From Candidatus Niyogibacteria bacterium (lineage in GTDB: Bacteria; Patescibacteriota; Minisyncoccia; 1-14-0-10-42-19): a DNA stretch of 43,938 bases. Under the pieces are notes generated by a model, which saw nothing but the letters and a program-made list of their open reading frames with translations, made no database searches and was not told the origin of the DNA. Shown in pieces: positions 8,247-15,649 of this stretch. The stretch is from assembly GCA_016204155.1 (NCBI GenBank), contig JACQLG010000063.1, forward strand, positions 1 to 43,938, written 5' to 3'. The translations under genes were made by a program, and so were the position numbers. Numbering within the stretch: the stretch's first letter is position 1; the number at the start of each line of letters is the position of its first letter.

Positions 8247-8981
8247 ATGATTTCTCCATGGCTGCGAAAGAAAAACGGAAGAAAATGGTTTATTACGCCC
8301 AAAGCCATTGAACTCTCCATTGAGGCAGAAGCGGACATACTGCTTGCCTGTCAGGAAGCTCATTTTTACGGCATAGAAACAATAAACCTCGGATCTGAAA
8401 TCTCGGGATTGGGGCACGTCAAAAATAATGACTTCACTCTTTTTATATCCGACATTATCATTCCGGAACAGACAAATAGCCGAATACATACAGCGCTTGT
8501 CCATGGTGATATGGAACGAATACAGGCGCTCTTACGGGAAGCGGGGAAGCACGCAGATGAATATATTTGCTGGTGGCATAGCCATGTTACTGGAGACGCT
8601 GTTTTCAGCGACAAAGACGAACTGACGATCGGCAGTCTCCTGCCATTTATTCTTACTGACGTACATCTCTCTTTGCTCGCAAAAGGGAAAGACGTGCCTG
8701 AAGAAACATATGCCGGCCCTTTCGTTTCCATTGTTGCGAATGTGCAGAAAGAAATGTTCGCGCGATGCGACTTTATATATCGCAACGGCGGCCACTACGA
8801 AACGCAAAGAAATGAAAACATCCCGATCATCCGCAAGATTCCCGCCCTTACGGACAAAGAACGGCTAAGGATACGGGACGAACGCTATCCGAGGATACAA
8901 CAGATAGTACGCGACCGGCTCACACTCACATTTGTCGATATACGATCAAAAATAAATACACAGCTGGAGGATACATTATGA
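8247..8981 (+). CDS. JAB/MPN+ (JAMM) metallopeptidase
   Basis: The JAMM motif is exact: WWHSHVTGDAVFSDKD = H-x-H-x7-S-x2-D, with an upstream Glu in YGIETINLG. I prefer the ATG at 8247, 6 nt after AGGAGG (8235-8240); the track ORF starts at 8232. The stop overlaps the E1 start as ATGA. Confidence 0.85.
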   Translation: MISPWLRKKNGRKWFITPKAIELSIEAEADILLACQEAHFYGIETINLGSEISGLGHVKNNDFTLFISDIIIPEQTNSRIHTALVHGDMERIQALLREAGKHADEYICWWHSHVTGDAVFSDKDELTIGSLLPFILTDVHLSLLAKGKDVPEETYAGPFVSIVANVQKEMFARCDFIYRNGGHYETQRNENIPIIRKIPALTDKERLRIRDERYPRIQQIVRDRLTLTFVDIRSKINTQLEDTL

Positions 8982-9628
8982 TTCAACATGATGTTACTCA
9001 CGTAGGACTTGGGGGTATCGGCTCATGGGTACCTCCTTATATTGCGGCATACGGCTGCAATACGCTGTATCTTTTTGACGAAGATATTGTAAAAATACAC
9101 AATTTCTCAAACCAAAATTATAGCTACCCCGAACATCTGGGAGTCCCAAAAGTAAAGGCGATGGAAATGAAACTAGACGGCATGGCGCAATGGCATAAAT
9201 CCTTTAACCGCGACATGCAGATTATCGCAACGCAGAAAAAAGTGGATGAACATGATACATTTTCAGGGATCGTCATTGTCGCGGTAGACAGCGGAGAAGC
9301 GCGAAAAAAAATCTTTAAGGCGTGCAAGTTCAATCCAGCAGTCCACCTCTATATTGAAGCTGGGGCGGCAGAACATATCGGCAGAGTAAGCTGTCTTATT
9401 CCTCATGATAAAGACCAGGTAGCATTATACGAAAAATTCTTACGGGCAATGAAGGACGCTAGCGGGCCTCCTCCCTGCGTTTCGCGCTATATGGGTGGAC
9501 AATTCGCAAGCGTTATTGCTTATTTTATCTATCGATGTGCGGAAGAAGAATGGCGGCCGGATACGCTCTACAGAAGCGAAATAAATTATACGGAAATGCC
9601 AACCCTTGAAACCGGCCCCCTCTATTGA
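8978..9628 (+). CDS. minimal ThiF/MoeB/E1-like adenylyltransferase (216 aa)
   Basis: Motifs seen: Rossmann loop VGLGGIGSWV; FDEDIVKIHNFSNQNY (the D.D.v...N..RQ block); VAVDSGEARKK (the Mg/ATP D-N-x-x-x-R equivalent); and Cys-containing loop GPPPCVSRYMGG at the position of the MoeB/ThiF cross-over loop cysteine. The RBS GGAGG lies within the JAB 3' end. Confidence 0.85.
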   Translation: MIQHDVTHVGLGGIGSWVPPYIAAYGCNTLYLFDEDIVKIHNFSNQNYSYPEHLGVPKVKAMEMKLDGMAQWHKSFNRDMQIIATQKKVDEHDTFSGIVIVAVDSGEARKKIFKACKFNPAVHLYIEAGAAEHIGRVSCLIPHDKDQVALYEKFLRAMKDASGPPPCVSRYMGGQFASVIAYFIYRCAEEEWRPDTLYRSEINYTEMPTLETGPLY

Positions 9629-9675
9629 TATGATAAAGTAAAATACAGAGAATATGTAAACGGAGGGGCATCGCA

Positions 9676-9978
9676 ATGCAAAAGCAACGAACGAAGCAGA
9701 AGGGAGGCGGGGATGACGGGAGAAACGAGGTAGAAGTTGAGGTTGTAACAGGCACCGGCGGAAAAGCAAAGATTAAAATAAAAAAAGGCACGACTCTTTC
9801 GCAATTAATCAGGTATAAGCTCAAACACAAACTTGAAGCAAACCAGACGGTGGAACGGAACCGGCATGTGATTGAGCATAAAGATGGAGAATTGTTGGAA
9901 GATCCAGTACTTGAAGAAAATGACCTGATTATCATCCGCACAGAGATCGTCGGCGGACCGAACATCGTTCTTTCATAA
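9676..9978 (+). CDS. ubiquitin-like (beta-grasp, ThiS/MoaD/Ub-type) protein precursor with a GG + 6-aa C-terminal tail
   Basis: 100 aa. The sequence ...KIKIKKGTTLSQLI...EDPVLEENDLIIIRTEIVGG-PNIVLS shows alternating-strand character and ends in the D-x-I-x-I...V-G-G pattern typical of Ubl/ThiS/MoaD. The Gly-Gly codons are at 9952-9957. The gene sits last in the operon, after the E1 and JAB genes. RBS is ACGGAGGGG. Confidence 0.75.
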   Translation: MQKQRTKQKGGGDDGRNEVEVEVVTGTGGKAKIKIKKGTTLSQLIRYKLKHKLEANQTVERNRHVIEHKDGELLEDPVLEENDLIIIRTEIVGGPNIVLS

Positions 9979-10002
9979 CACATCACACATATACACAAAA
10001 GG

Positions 10003-10037
10003 ACCGCATCGCGCATGCGGTTTATTTTTTTATTTTT
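10003..10037 (+). terminator. rho-independent terminator closing the Ubl operon
   Basis: Stem accgcat pairs with atgcggt (10003-10021) around loop cgcgc. It is followed by ttatttttttattttttt. Confidence 0.7.
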
Positions 10038-10126
10038 TTATACTTTTTTAAGAATAGACCTCCGTGTTTTTGGGTTTTTAATTTTTATCATCTGGCCACG
10101 ATCGTGAGGTAATGATAAAAACTTTC

Positions 10127-10582
10127 CTATTGATTTCCCTCCCAGATTTTCTCCCTCCAACCTGGCACTATACTATCCCACTGATCCCCTGGTCCTGCGG
10201 AACCCATCGAATTCTCCTTATCTGCAGTTTTACACTTTGGACACTCAAGAGACGGTAATGGATCTCCATTATCTTCTGCTTCATATAAATCCTTAAAATA
10301 TTTCAGCTGAAGGAATATTAGTCCGCAACGCGCGCATTCGAAATCAAAGAAAAGTTCTTCGTATCTTTTCTTTCTTTCGATTCGTGTTTCCTCCTCAGAT
10401 TCTTCTTGGAACCTCTCTACAGCAATCTCCTTGCCTCGATAAAGTGACTCAATGGAAGATTTAAAGTCTTCTTTTGTAGGCGGAGTATCGCGTTCCATAA
10501 ATACCGCCTTGTTTATTTTTTTACCATCTTCTACAAAACTAAACTCAACTTTGTAACGTTTACGGAGTTTTTTCTTTTCCAT
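10127..10582 (-). CDS. hypothetical Glu/Lys-rich protein with a C-terminal zinc-ribbon (CxxC...CxxC)
   Basis: ECARCG and ECPKCK lie 27 residues apart, and the rest of the protein is a charged region. I prefer the ATG at 10582 (RBS AAAGGAGAAG upstream); the track ORF extends to 10630 without an RBS. Confidence 0.5.
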   Translation of the reverse strand: MEKKKLRKRYKVEFSFVEDGKKINKAVFMERDTPPTKEDFKSSIESLYRGKEIAVERFQEESEEETRIERKKRYEELFFDFECARCGLIFLQLKYFKDLYEAEDNGDPLPSLECPKCKTADKENSMGSAGPGDQWDSIVPGWREKIWEGNQ

Positions 10583-10701
10583 TATCTTCTCCTTTTCAAT
10601 TTGATTATCTTTCTGCTCAATCGTACTCATAATAAAAATTATAGTAGAATGTGTAACATTATATTGTATATTTTATCGGCATTATTAACATGTCAAATAT
10701 A

Positions 10702-10774
10702 TCGGCTCGGTAGGAATTGAACCTACAACCGGTCGTGTATAAGACGACTGCTCTGCCAGTTGAGCTACGAGCCG
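10702..10774 (-). tRNA. tRNA-Ile, anticodon UAU (hand-folded)
   Basis: The minus strand folds as CGGCTCG-TA-GCTC-AACTGGCA-GAGC-A-GTCGT-CTTATAC-ACGAC-CGGTT-GTAGG-TTCAATT-CCTAC-CGAGCCG-A. This is a full cloverleaf with a 7-bp acceptor stem and T-loop TTCAATT. The anticodon loop is C-T-[TAT]-A-C. No CCA is encoded. It abuts the ftsH stop codon directly. Confidence 0.8.
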
Positions 10775-12625
10775 TTACAATCCTATCGGCTTCGGTTTTA
10801 TGCCAAATGATTTTACGATAGTATTAAATTCTTCACGTTCCAATGATTCCTGATCAATAAGTTTTTTTGCGATCGCATCAAGCACATTATTATATTTTTG
10901 AAGAATGGACTGCGCCTGTCTGAATGCCTTTTTCATGAATCCCGACACTTCCATATCTATTATGCCTGCGACTTCTTCGGAATAATCGCGCTCATGCATC
11001 CCGAATTCCTTTCCTAAAAAGACGGCGTCCTCGTGCTTTCCGAACACTACGGGACCGATCTTGTCAGACATGCCGTATCGTGCGACCATGCTTCGCGCAA
11101 TATCGGTTGCGATTCTTAAATCATTTGAAGCGCCGGTAGTTAAATCCTTAAATATCATTTTTTCAGCAACATATCCGCCAAGCGCAACCGCAAGTTCTCC
11201 CAAAAAGTGCGTTTTTGAGATAAGACGGCGATCCTCGCTTGGTAATTTAAGCGTGTAGCCGCCCGCGCGTCCGCGCGAAATAATCGTAACCTTATGCACC
11301 GGATCTGCATCGGGTAATACCGCGGCCACCAAAGCATGCCCCGCTTCATGGTATGCCGTAATTTTTTTCTCTTTTTCCGAAATGATCCTGCTTTTTCGTT
11401 CCGGTCCCAAAAGCACTTTCTCAATAGAATTTAACAGGTCCTGCTGGCTTATGGTCTGGCGATTTTGGCGCGCCGCAAAAATTGCCGCTTCATTCACAAG
11501 ATTCTGGATATCTGCTCCTGAAAATCCCGGCGTGCGTTCCGCAACCCGCCGAAGCACAACTTCGTTTTCTACGCGCTTGCCCCGCGTATGAATCTTTAAT
11601 ATCGCCTCCCGCTCCTTGATATCCGGCAAATCAAGGACAACTCTGCGGTCAAACCGCCCCGGGCGCAACAGGGCCGGATCAAGCACGTCAGGCCGGTTGG
11701 TTGCCGCCATCACGATCACAGATTCATTCGACTCAAAGCCGTCCAGTTCAACAAGTATCTGATTCAATGTCTGTTCGCGCTCGTCATGCCCTCCGCCAAG
11801 CCCTGCGCCGCGATGCCTTCCGATCGCATCGATCTCATCAATAAAAACAATTGACGGTTCTGATTTTTTTGCCATTTTAAAAAGATCTCTCACCCGAGAA
11901 GCGCCGACTCCCACGAACATTTCAACGAATTCAGACGCGGAAAGATAAAAGAACGGAACGCCCGCCTCTCCCGCAACGGCGCGCGCAAGCAATGTTTTCC
12001 CCGTACCCGGCGCGCCCATTAAAAGCACTCCTCTGGGGATCCGCGCGCCAATCGCAAGAAATTTCCCGGGATTTCGCAGAAAATCCACAATCTCATACAG
12101 CTCTTCTTTCGCTTCCTCCACTCCGGCTACATCCTTGAACATAACGCGCTGTTTTTTATCGTCAGGCAGAATAACGCGCGCGCGGGATTGGCCGAACGTG
12201 AATGCCTGCAAGTTTGAACGCTGGACATTCCGCGTCGCAAACCAGAAAAAACCGATAATCAATAAAAACGGAATCAAAAACGGCAAAAGGTTGCCGACCC
12301 AATACAAAAATCCTGACGGCTCGCGAACCTCGATCTTCATCTGGCGCAATATTTCGGCGGATGCGCCGTAGTTGGTAAGTGTTTCAAAGAGCGAAATATC
12401 GCCTTCTTTTTTTGCCTTCTGCACCGTGCCGTCAAGAAGTGTAACTGTCACATTATTTCCCTCAACGACGATCTCGGTTAGCCTGCCCGCATTAATCTCG
12501 CCTACGAGATCGGAAAGCGTTACTTCTTCAATCCCGCGGAATTCATCGGCAAAAAACGACCATACAATGACCATACCCAATAAAATCAAGATCGCGAGCG
12601 CGATATTTTTTGAGAATAACTTCAT
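10775..12625 (-). CDS. ftsH: ATP-dependent zinc metalloprotease FtsH
   Basis: Two N-terminal TM segments. Motifs seen: Walker A GAPGTGKT; Walker [10 protein letters not shown]; [23 protein letters not shown]; and zinc motif HEAGHAL. Confidence 0.96.
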   Translation of the reverse strand: MKLFSKNIALAILILLGMVIVWSFFADEFRGIEEVTLSDLVGEINAGRLTEIVVEGNNVTVTLLDGTVQKAKKEGDISLFETLTNYGASAEILRQMKIEVREPSGFLYWVGNLLPFLIPFLLIIGFFWFATRNVQRSNLQAFTFGQSRARVILPDDKKQRVMFKDVAGVEEAKEELYEIVDFLRNPGKFLAIGARIPRGVLLMGAPGTGKTLLARAVAGEAGVPFFYLSASEFVEMFVGVGASRVRDLFKMAKKSEPSIVFIDEIDAIGRHRGAGLGGGHDEREQTLNQILVELDGFESNESVIVMAATNRPDVLDPALLRPGRFDRRVVLDLPDIKEREAILKIHTRGKRVENEVVLRRVAERTPGFSGADIQNLVNEAAIFAARQNRQTISQQDLLNSIEKVLLGPERKSRIISEKEKKITAYHEAGHALVAAVLPDADPVHKVTIISRGRAGGYTLKLPSEDRRLISKTHFLGELAVALGGYVAEKMIFKDLTTGASNDLRIATDIARSMVARYGMSDKIGPVVFGKHEDAVFLGKEFGMHERDYSEEVAGIIDMEVSGFMKKAFRQAQSILQKYNNVLDAIAKKLIDQESLEREEFNTIVKSFGIKPKPIGL

Positions 12626-12631
12626 ACAAAC

Positions 12632-12661
12632 ATTATACGTATTCTCCTCTCATACAGTCAA
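12632..12661 (-). promoter_or_regulatory. sigma70-type promoter placed for a leaderless ftsH mRNA
   Basis: On the minus strand: TTGACT (12661-12656), 18 nt, TATAAT (12637-12632), 6 nt, then ATG (12625). Confidence 0.55.
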
Positions 12662-12665
12662 TCGT

Positions 12666-14312
12666 TTATGCATTATTATCATCCTCTTGAATGCCAAGCG
12701 GAAAATATGTCCGCGCGCGATATGACACGCCAAATGATGTTTTGCGCACTTCGGTAAGACGAATTTTTTTTACCGGGATCACTACGGTAAAAGGACTCAC
12801 TCGCATACTCGCCTTTTCTGCTACATCGGGATTAATGTTCGACGCGACACTTCCCACGGTAAGGTGCGGCTTAAATTCCTGATCGCGAAAAGCCATGCGG
12901 GCATCCGAGAGCGCAAAACGCACCGCCTCCTGTAATCCAGATAGAACATCTACGCCATGCATATTGTCTATCGTAAAATAAAACGCTTTTCCATTTTCAT
13001 ATCCTGCAATCGGCCCTTCAGAAAAAGATGTGTTATCCAGCCTAATATCAAATGGATCAAAGCGACGCAGAACGTTACGCACTGCCCTTATTATTTCGCG
13101 CATGTCCGCTTCCGTATGCCTGCCGAGATGAAGAAGAGGAATATGGAAATTTTCCGAACGATGCAATTTTACTCCCGGTTCTTCCACGGCAATATGCGCT
13201 GAAATTTCTTTTGCAGAATCCTGCGGAAGACGAATTTCAAGGAAATATTCATACTCTTCAACACCGGCATCATTCGTATCTTTCTCCCTCTTTGGAGAGG
13301 GCGCGCCATCTGCGTCCGAAAAAACGGCATATGGCGTTTTATATGACAATCCGAGTTTGAGAATTTTTTGAAATTGCTCATCGGAAATTTTTGTGGGCGC
13401 AACCGACTGCGGATTTGCGCCGCCGTTTTGTATGGAATTCGTTGCATGATCGTAATACCATTCAGGAATATCAGCAATACGTCCGGGACGCACCAATTCG
13501 GAAATAGGAAGGTTTAGTTTACGGCCGCTCATATCCGCTTCATGAAGCCGGATGAATGAGGCAAGCGCGCGGAGATCGATTCGTTTCGTAGGACGGGTAA
13601 GAATATTCACATGCCCTCCTGTAGACCGTTGGGCAACGACATCTATGCCGCCTCCGTCTTGCGACCGCAGGAATCCCGCCATACTTGGATTATCCGAGTG
13701 GATAAAAACAACTTTTAATTTTTTCGAGCCATCTTGCTTCACCGTAAAAGATACGAGATTGCCGGCAGAAATAATCTGTTCAAGTTCTTGCGGCAGATCA
13801 TGCGTACGCCGGTATTCTTCATTATAGTGCGCAACCAGTAGCGGAAGCACAATCTCAACTACACGGTCGGGCTTCTTCGCAAGGCTCCTATTTAAATGAT
13901 AGACAAGGCTTGAAAGCCCAAATGCGCGGTCGATAGGATCTTCGGATATCGTACCTTTGCCGAACATATCGTCTCTGCGCGCATATTCAAGCATTTTCGC
14001 AAGCGCAGGATCTGCGGAGATGCCGAGGGCTTCCGACACAAGAAATGACGCGGTCGTCTTTTTGCCATGATGATCAAAACGCCCTCCGCCCACATCAATA
14101 AAAAGATGACCTTCCTGCTCCTTCTGAAACGCATCATCCGCATCTGTGGAATTTGCAAGAAGCTTGATTGACGCGGTCTTTACTCCCGGAAATAACTCTT
14201 CACCGAATTTTTTAAGTAAAAAAATGGCAACAATCGTATCTGGCTGGGGCATTGTTGGAAGAATGATAGTATGGATTTGGCTATGTTGTTTTGGCAGAGG
14301 ATTTTCGCTCAT
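12666..14312 (-). CDS. fusion protein: MYG1/UPF0160-like N-terminal domain + C-terminal 2H (LigT-like) phosphoesterase domain
   Basis: In the N-terminal part, FIDVGGGRFDHHGK resembles the MYG1 'DVGG.yD....ryDHHQ' block. The C-terminal part has the two 2H motifs, NFHIPLLHLG (H-x-P variant of H-x-T/S) and KPHLTVGS, with LigT-like spacing. The track ORF starts at TTG 14336; I prefer the ATG at 14312. Family assignment is tentative. Confidence 0.55.
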   Translation of the reverse strand: MSENPLPKQHSQIHTIILPTMPQPDTIVAIFLLKKFGEELFPGVKTASIKLLANSTDADDAFQKEQEGHLFIDVGGGRFDHHGKKTTASFLVSEALGISADPALAKMLEYARRDDMFGKGTISEDPIDRAFGLSSLVYHLNRSLAKKPDRVVEIVLPLLVAHYNEEYRRTHDLPQELEQIISAGNLVSFTVKQDGSKKLKVVFIHSDNPSMAGFLRSQDGGGIDVVAQRSTGGHVNILTRPTKRIDLRALASFIRLHEADMSGRKLNLPISELVRPGRIADIPEWYYDHATNSIQNGGANPQSVAPTKISDEQFQKILKLGLSYKTPYAVFSDADGAPSPKREKDTNDAGVEEYEYFLEIRLPQDSAKEISAHIAVEEPGVKLHRSENFHIPLLHLGRHTEADMREIIRAVRNVLRRFDPFDIRLDNTSFSEGPIAGYENGKAFYFTIDNMHGVDVLSGLQEAVRFALSDARMAFRDQEFKPHLTVGSVASNINPDVAEKASMRVSPFTVVIPVKKIRLTEVRKTSFGVSYRARTYFPLGIQEDDNNA

Positions 14313-14389
14313 ACTTGACTTTAACACATAAATCAATTATAATACACAATAAACATAAAGTCAATGCCATACAAAGGAGGAAAATCATA

Positions 14390-15550
14390 ATGAAAGGGCA
14401 GAAAAAGCTCTTTGAAAATCTAAGATTATCAAGCGCATACAATAACGGCGGAGCCGCAAAGGAAACAAAAAAAAGGGCGATTGTGAAGATGCTTGTTAAA
14501 AAACAAGCAGAGCTTGAAAAGCTCTGCAAATCATATCAGGGTGAAAACCCGATCGGTTTTATTATTGAATCCGCGGCGCGACTCTCGCCTTCCATTCCTA
14601 AAAACACGCCTGAAGCAGAAAAGATAGAAAGGGTTATTTTGAAAGAACTCCATCTTGCGGGAGAAAAAAACGCGGATTGTATTTGGATAAAAATCCGCGG
14701 CGCATACGCAACAATATGGGGAGTAAGTGAGATCAAAGCATCATACGAAGCGTTTTCAGGAAAAAGAATCCAAATCAAGAAAACTATCGAAAAAATTCCT
14801 GATATCGTATACAGGATCAACACGCAGCCAAATGCATTTCAAATACCGTATACGCTCAAAATAAAGGATCCGCTAATAACATCTCTCATCGTACCGTTTG
14901 ATGAAAAAAAATGGTTTACGATAAAATCATCAGAGGCACAGCTGCTGGATGATTATCACATCCAGAAAATAGTGGAGATTGAGTTTACAAACCGAGAACT
15001 CATCTTCATTGCCAAAAAACTATTCCGGGATTACGATCCCCTGCCGCATATCCGCTTCTATGAAAGCGATCAGGGGGTTTATGAGGAAATCATGAATCGC
15101 GTCATCACAAAAGCTGCTGCCGCGGTAACTTTGTTCTACACGCAGGCAGGAATTCTCTCACCAACACACAAAAAATATGCAAAAGAAATAGGTCTCTTCG
15201 TCCTCTTATACGGGAGAATACCTCTTTCAAAAAATGAAGTTCGCGCCGTACGAAAAATCATGAAACCCTTGTCCAAGGATGAACTTCTCTACCCGCGGAC
15301 AGACGAGAGATTCATTGCTGCAACATTGGAGAATAATACACATCTGCAGAATGTCGTGTCGTTTTTTTATGAAACGATGCAGCGCGACAACCTCAATAAT
15401 AAGCAGGAAAACGGTGTTAAAAAAATGCTTGAAAGGTTTTGTGCGGGGCTTTTTAGCGCAATAGAGCATAGCCGCCGTAAAGGAAAATCAGAAGTCAATA
15501 TTCGTATGACTCCGATGAACATAGTCACCTTTGGTGCCTACATTTCGTAA
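14390..15550 (+). CDS. hypothetical protein (no recognisable motif)
   Basis: Long ORF. I prefer the ATG at 14390, which follows AAAGGAGG; the track ORF starts at 14291. Confidence 0.55.
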   Translation: MKGQKKLFENLRLSSAYNNGGAAKETKKRAIVKMLVKKQAELEKLCKSYQGENPIGFIIESAARLSPSIPKNTPEAEKIERVILKELHLAGEKNADCIWIKIRGAYATIWGVSEIKASYEAFSGKRIQIKKTIEKIPDIVYRINTQPNAFQIPYTLKIKDPLITSLIVPFDEKKWFTIKSSEAQLLDDYHIQKIVEIEFTNRELIFIAKKLFRDYDPLPHIRFYESDQGVYEEIMNRVITKAAAAVTLFYTQAGILSPTHKKYAKEIGLFVLLYGRIPLSKNEVRAVRKIMKPLSKDELLYPRTDERFIAATLENNTHLQNVVSFFYETMQRDNLNNKQENGVKKMLERFCAGLFSAIEHSRRKGKSEVNIRMTPMNIVTFGAYIS

Positions 15551-15578
15551 TTACATTATATGTTATATGCGCAAAATC

Positions 15579-15630
15579 AAAACCCTGGCAGAAAATTATA
15601 TCTAAGATATAATTTTCTGACCAGGGTTTT
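15579..15630. terminator. bidirectional terminator hairpin between convergent genes
   Basis: Near-perfect long palindrome aaaaccctggcagaaaattatatc-taa-gatataattttctgaccagggtttt, with one bulged base. It is flanked by A and T runs. Confidence 0.65.
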
Positions 15631-15649
15631 TGCGTTCTAGAGAAAAACT

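Noticed and set aside
1096-10701. The Ubl/AAA locus as a tRNA-targeted integrated island downstream of the tRNA-Ile 3' end
   Set aside because: No integrase or recombinase gene is present. I found no direct repeat of the tRNA 3' segment near the far boundary (1096-1163), and there is no obvious change in sequence style.
10775-12625. FtsH as the protease partner of the neighbouring Ubl/AAA locus
   Set aside because: It is a canonical, universally conserved housekeeping ftsH with its own promoter and an intervening tRNA and convergent gene. Proximity alone is not evidence of a functional link.
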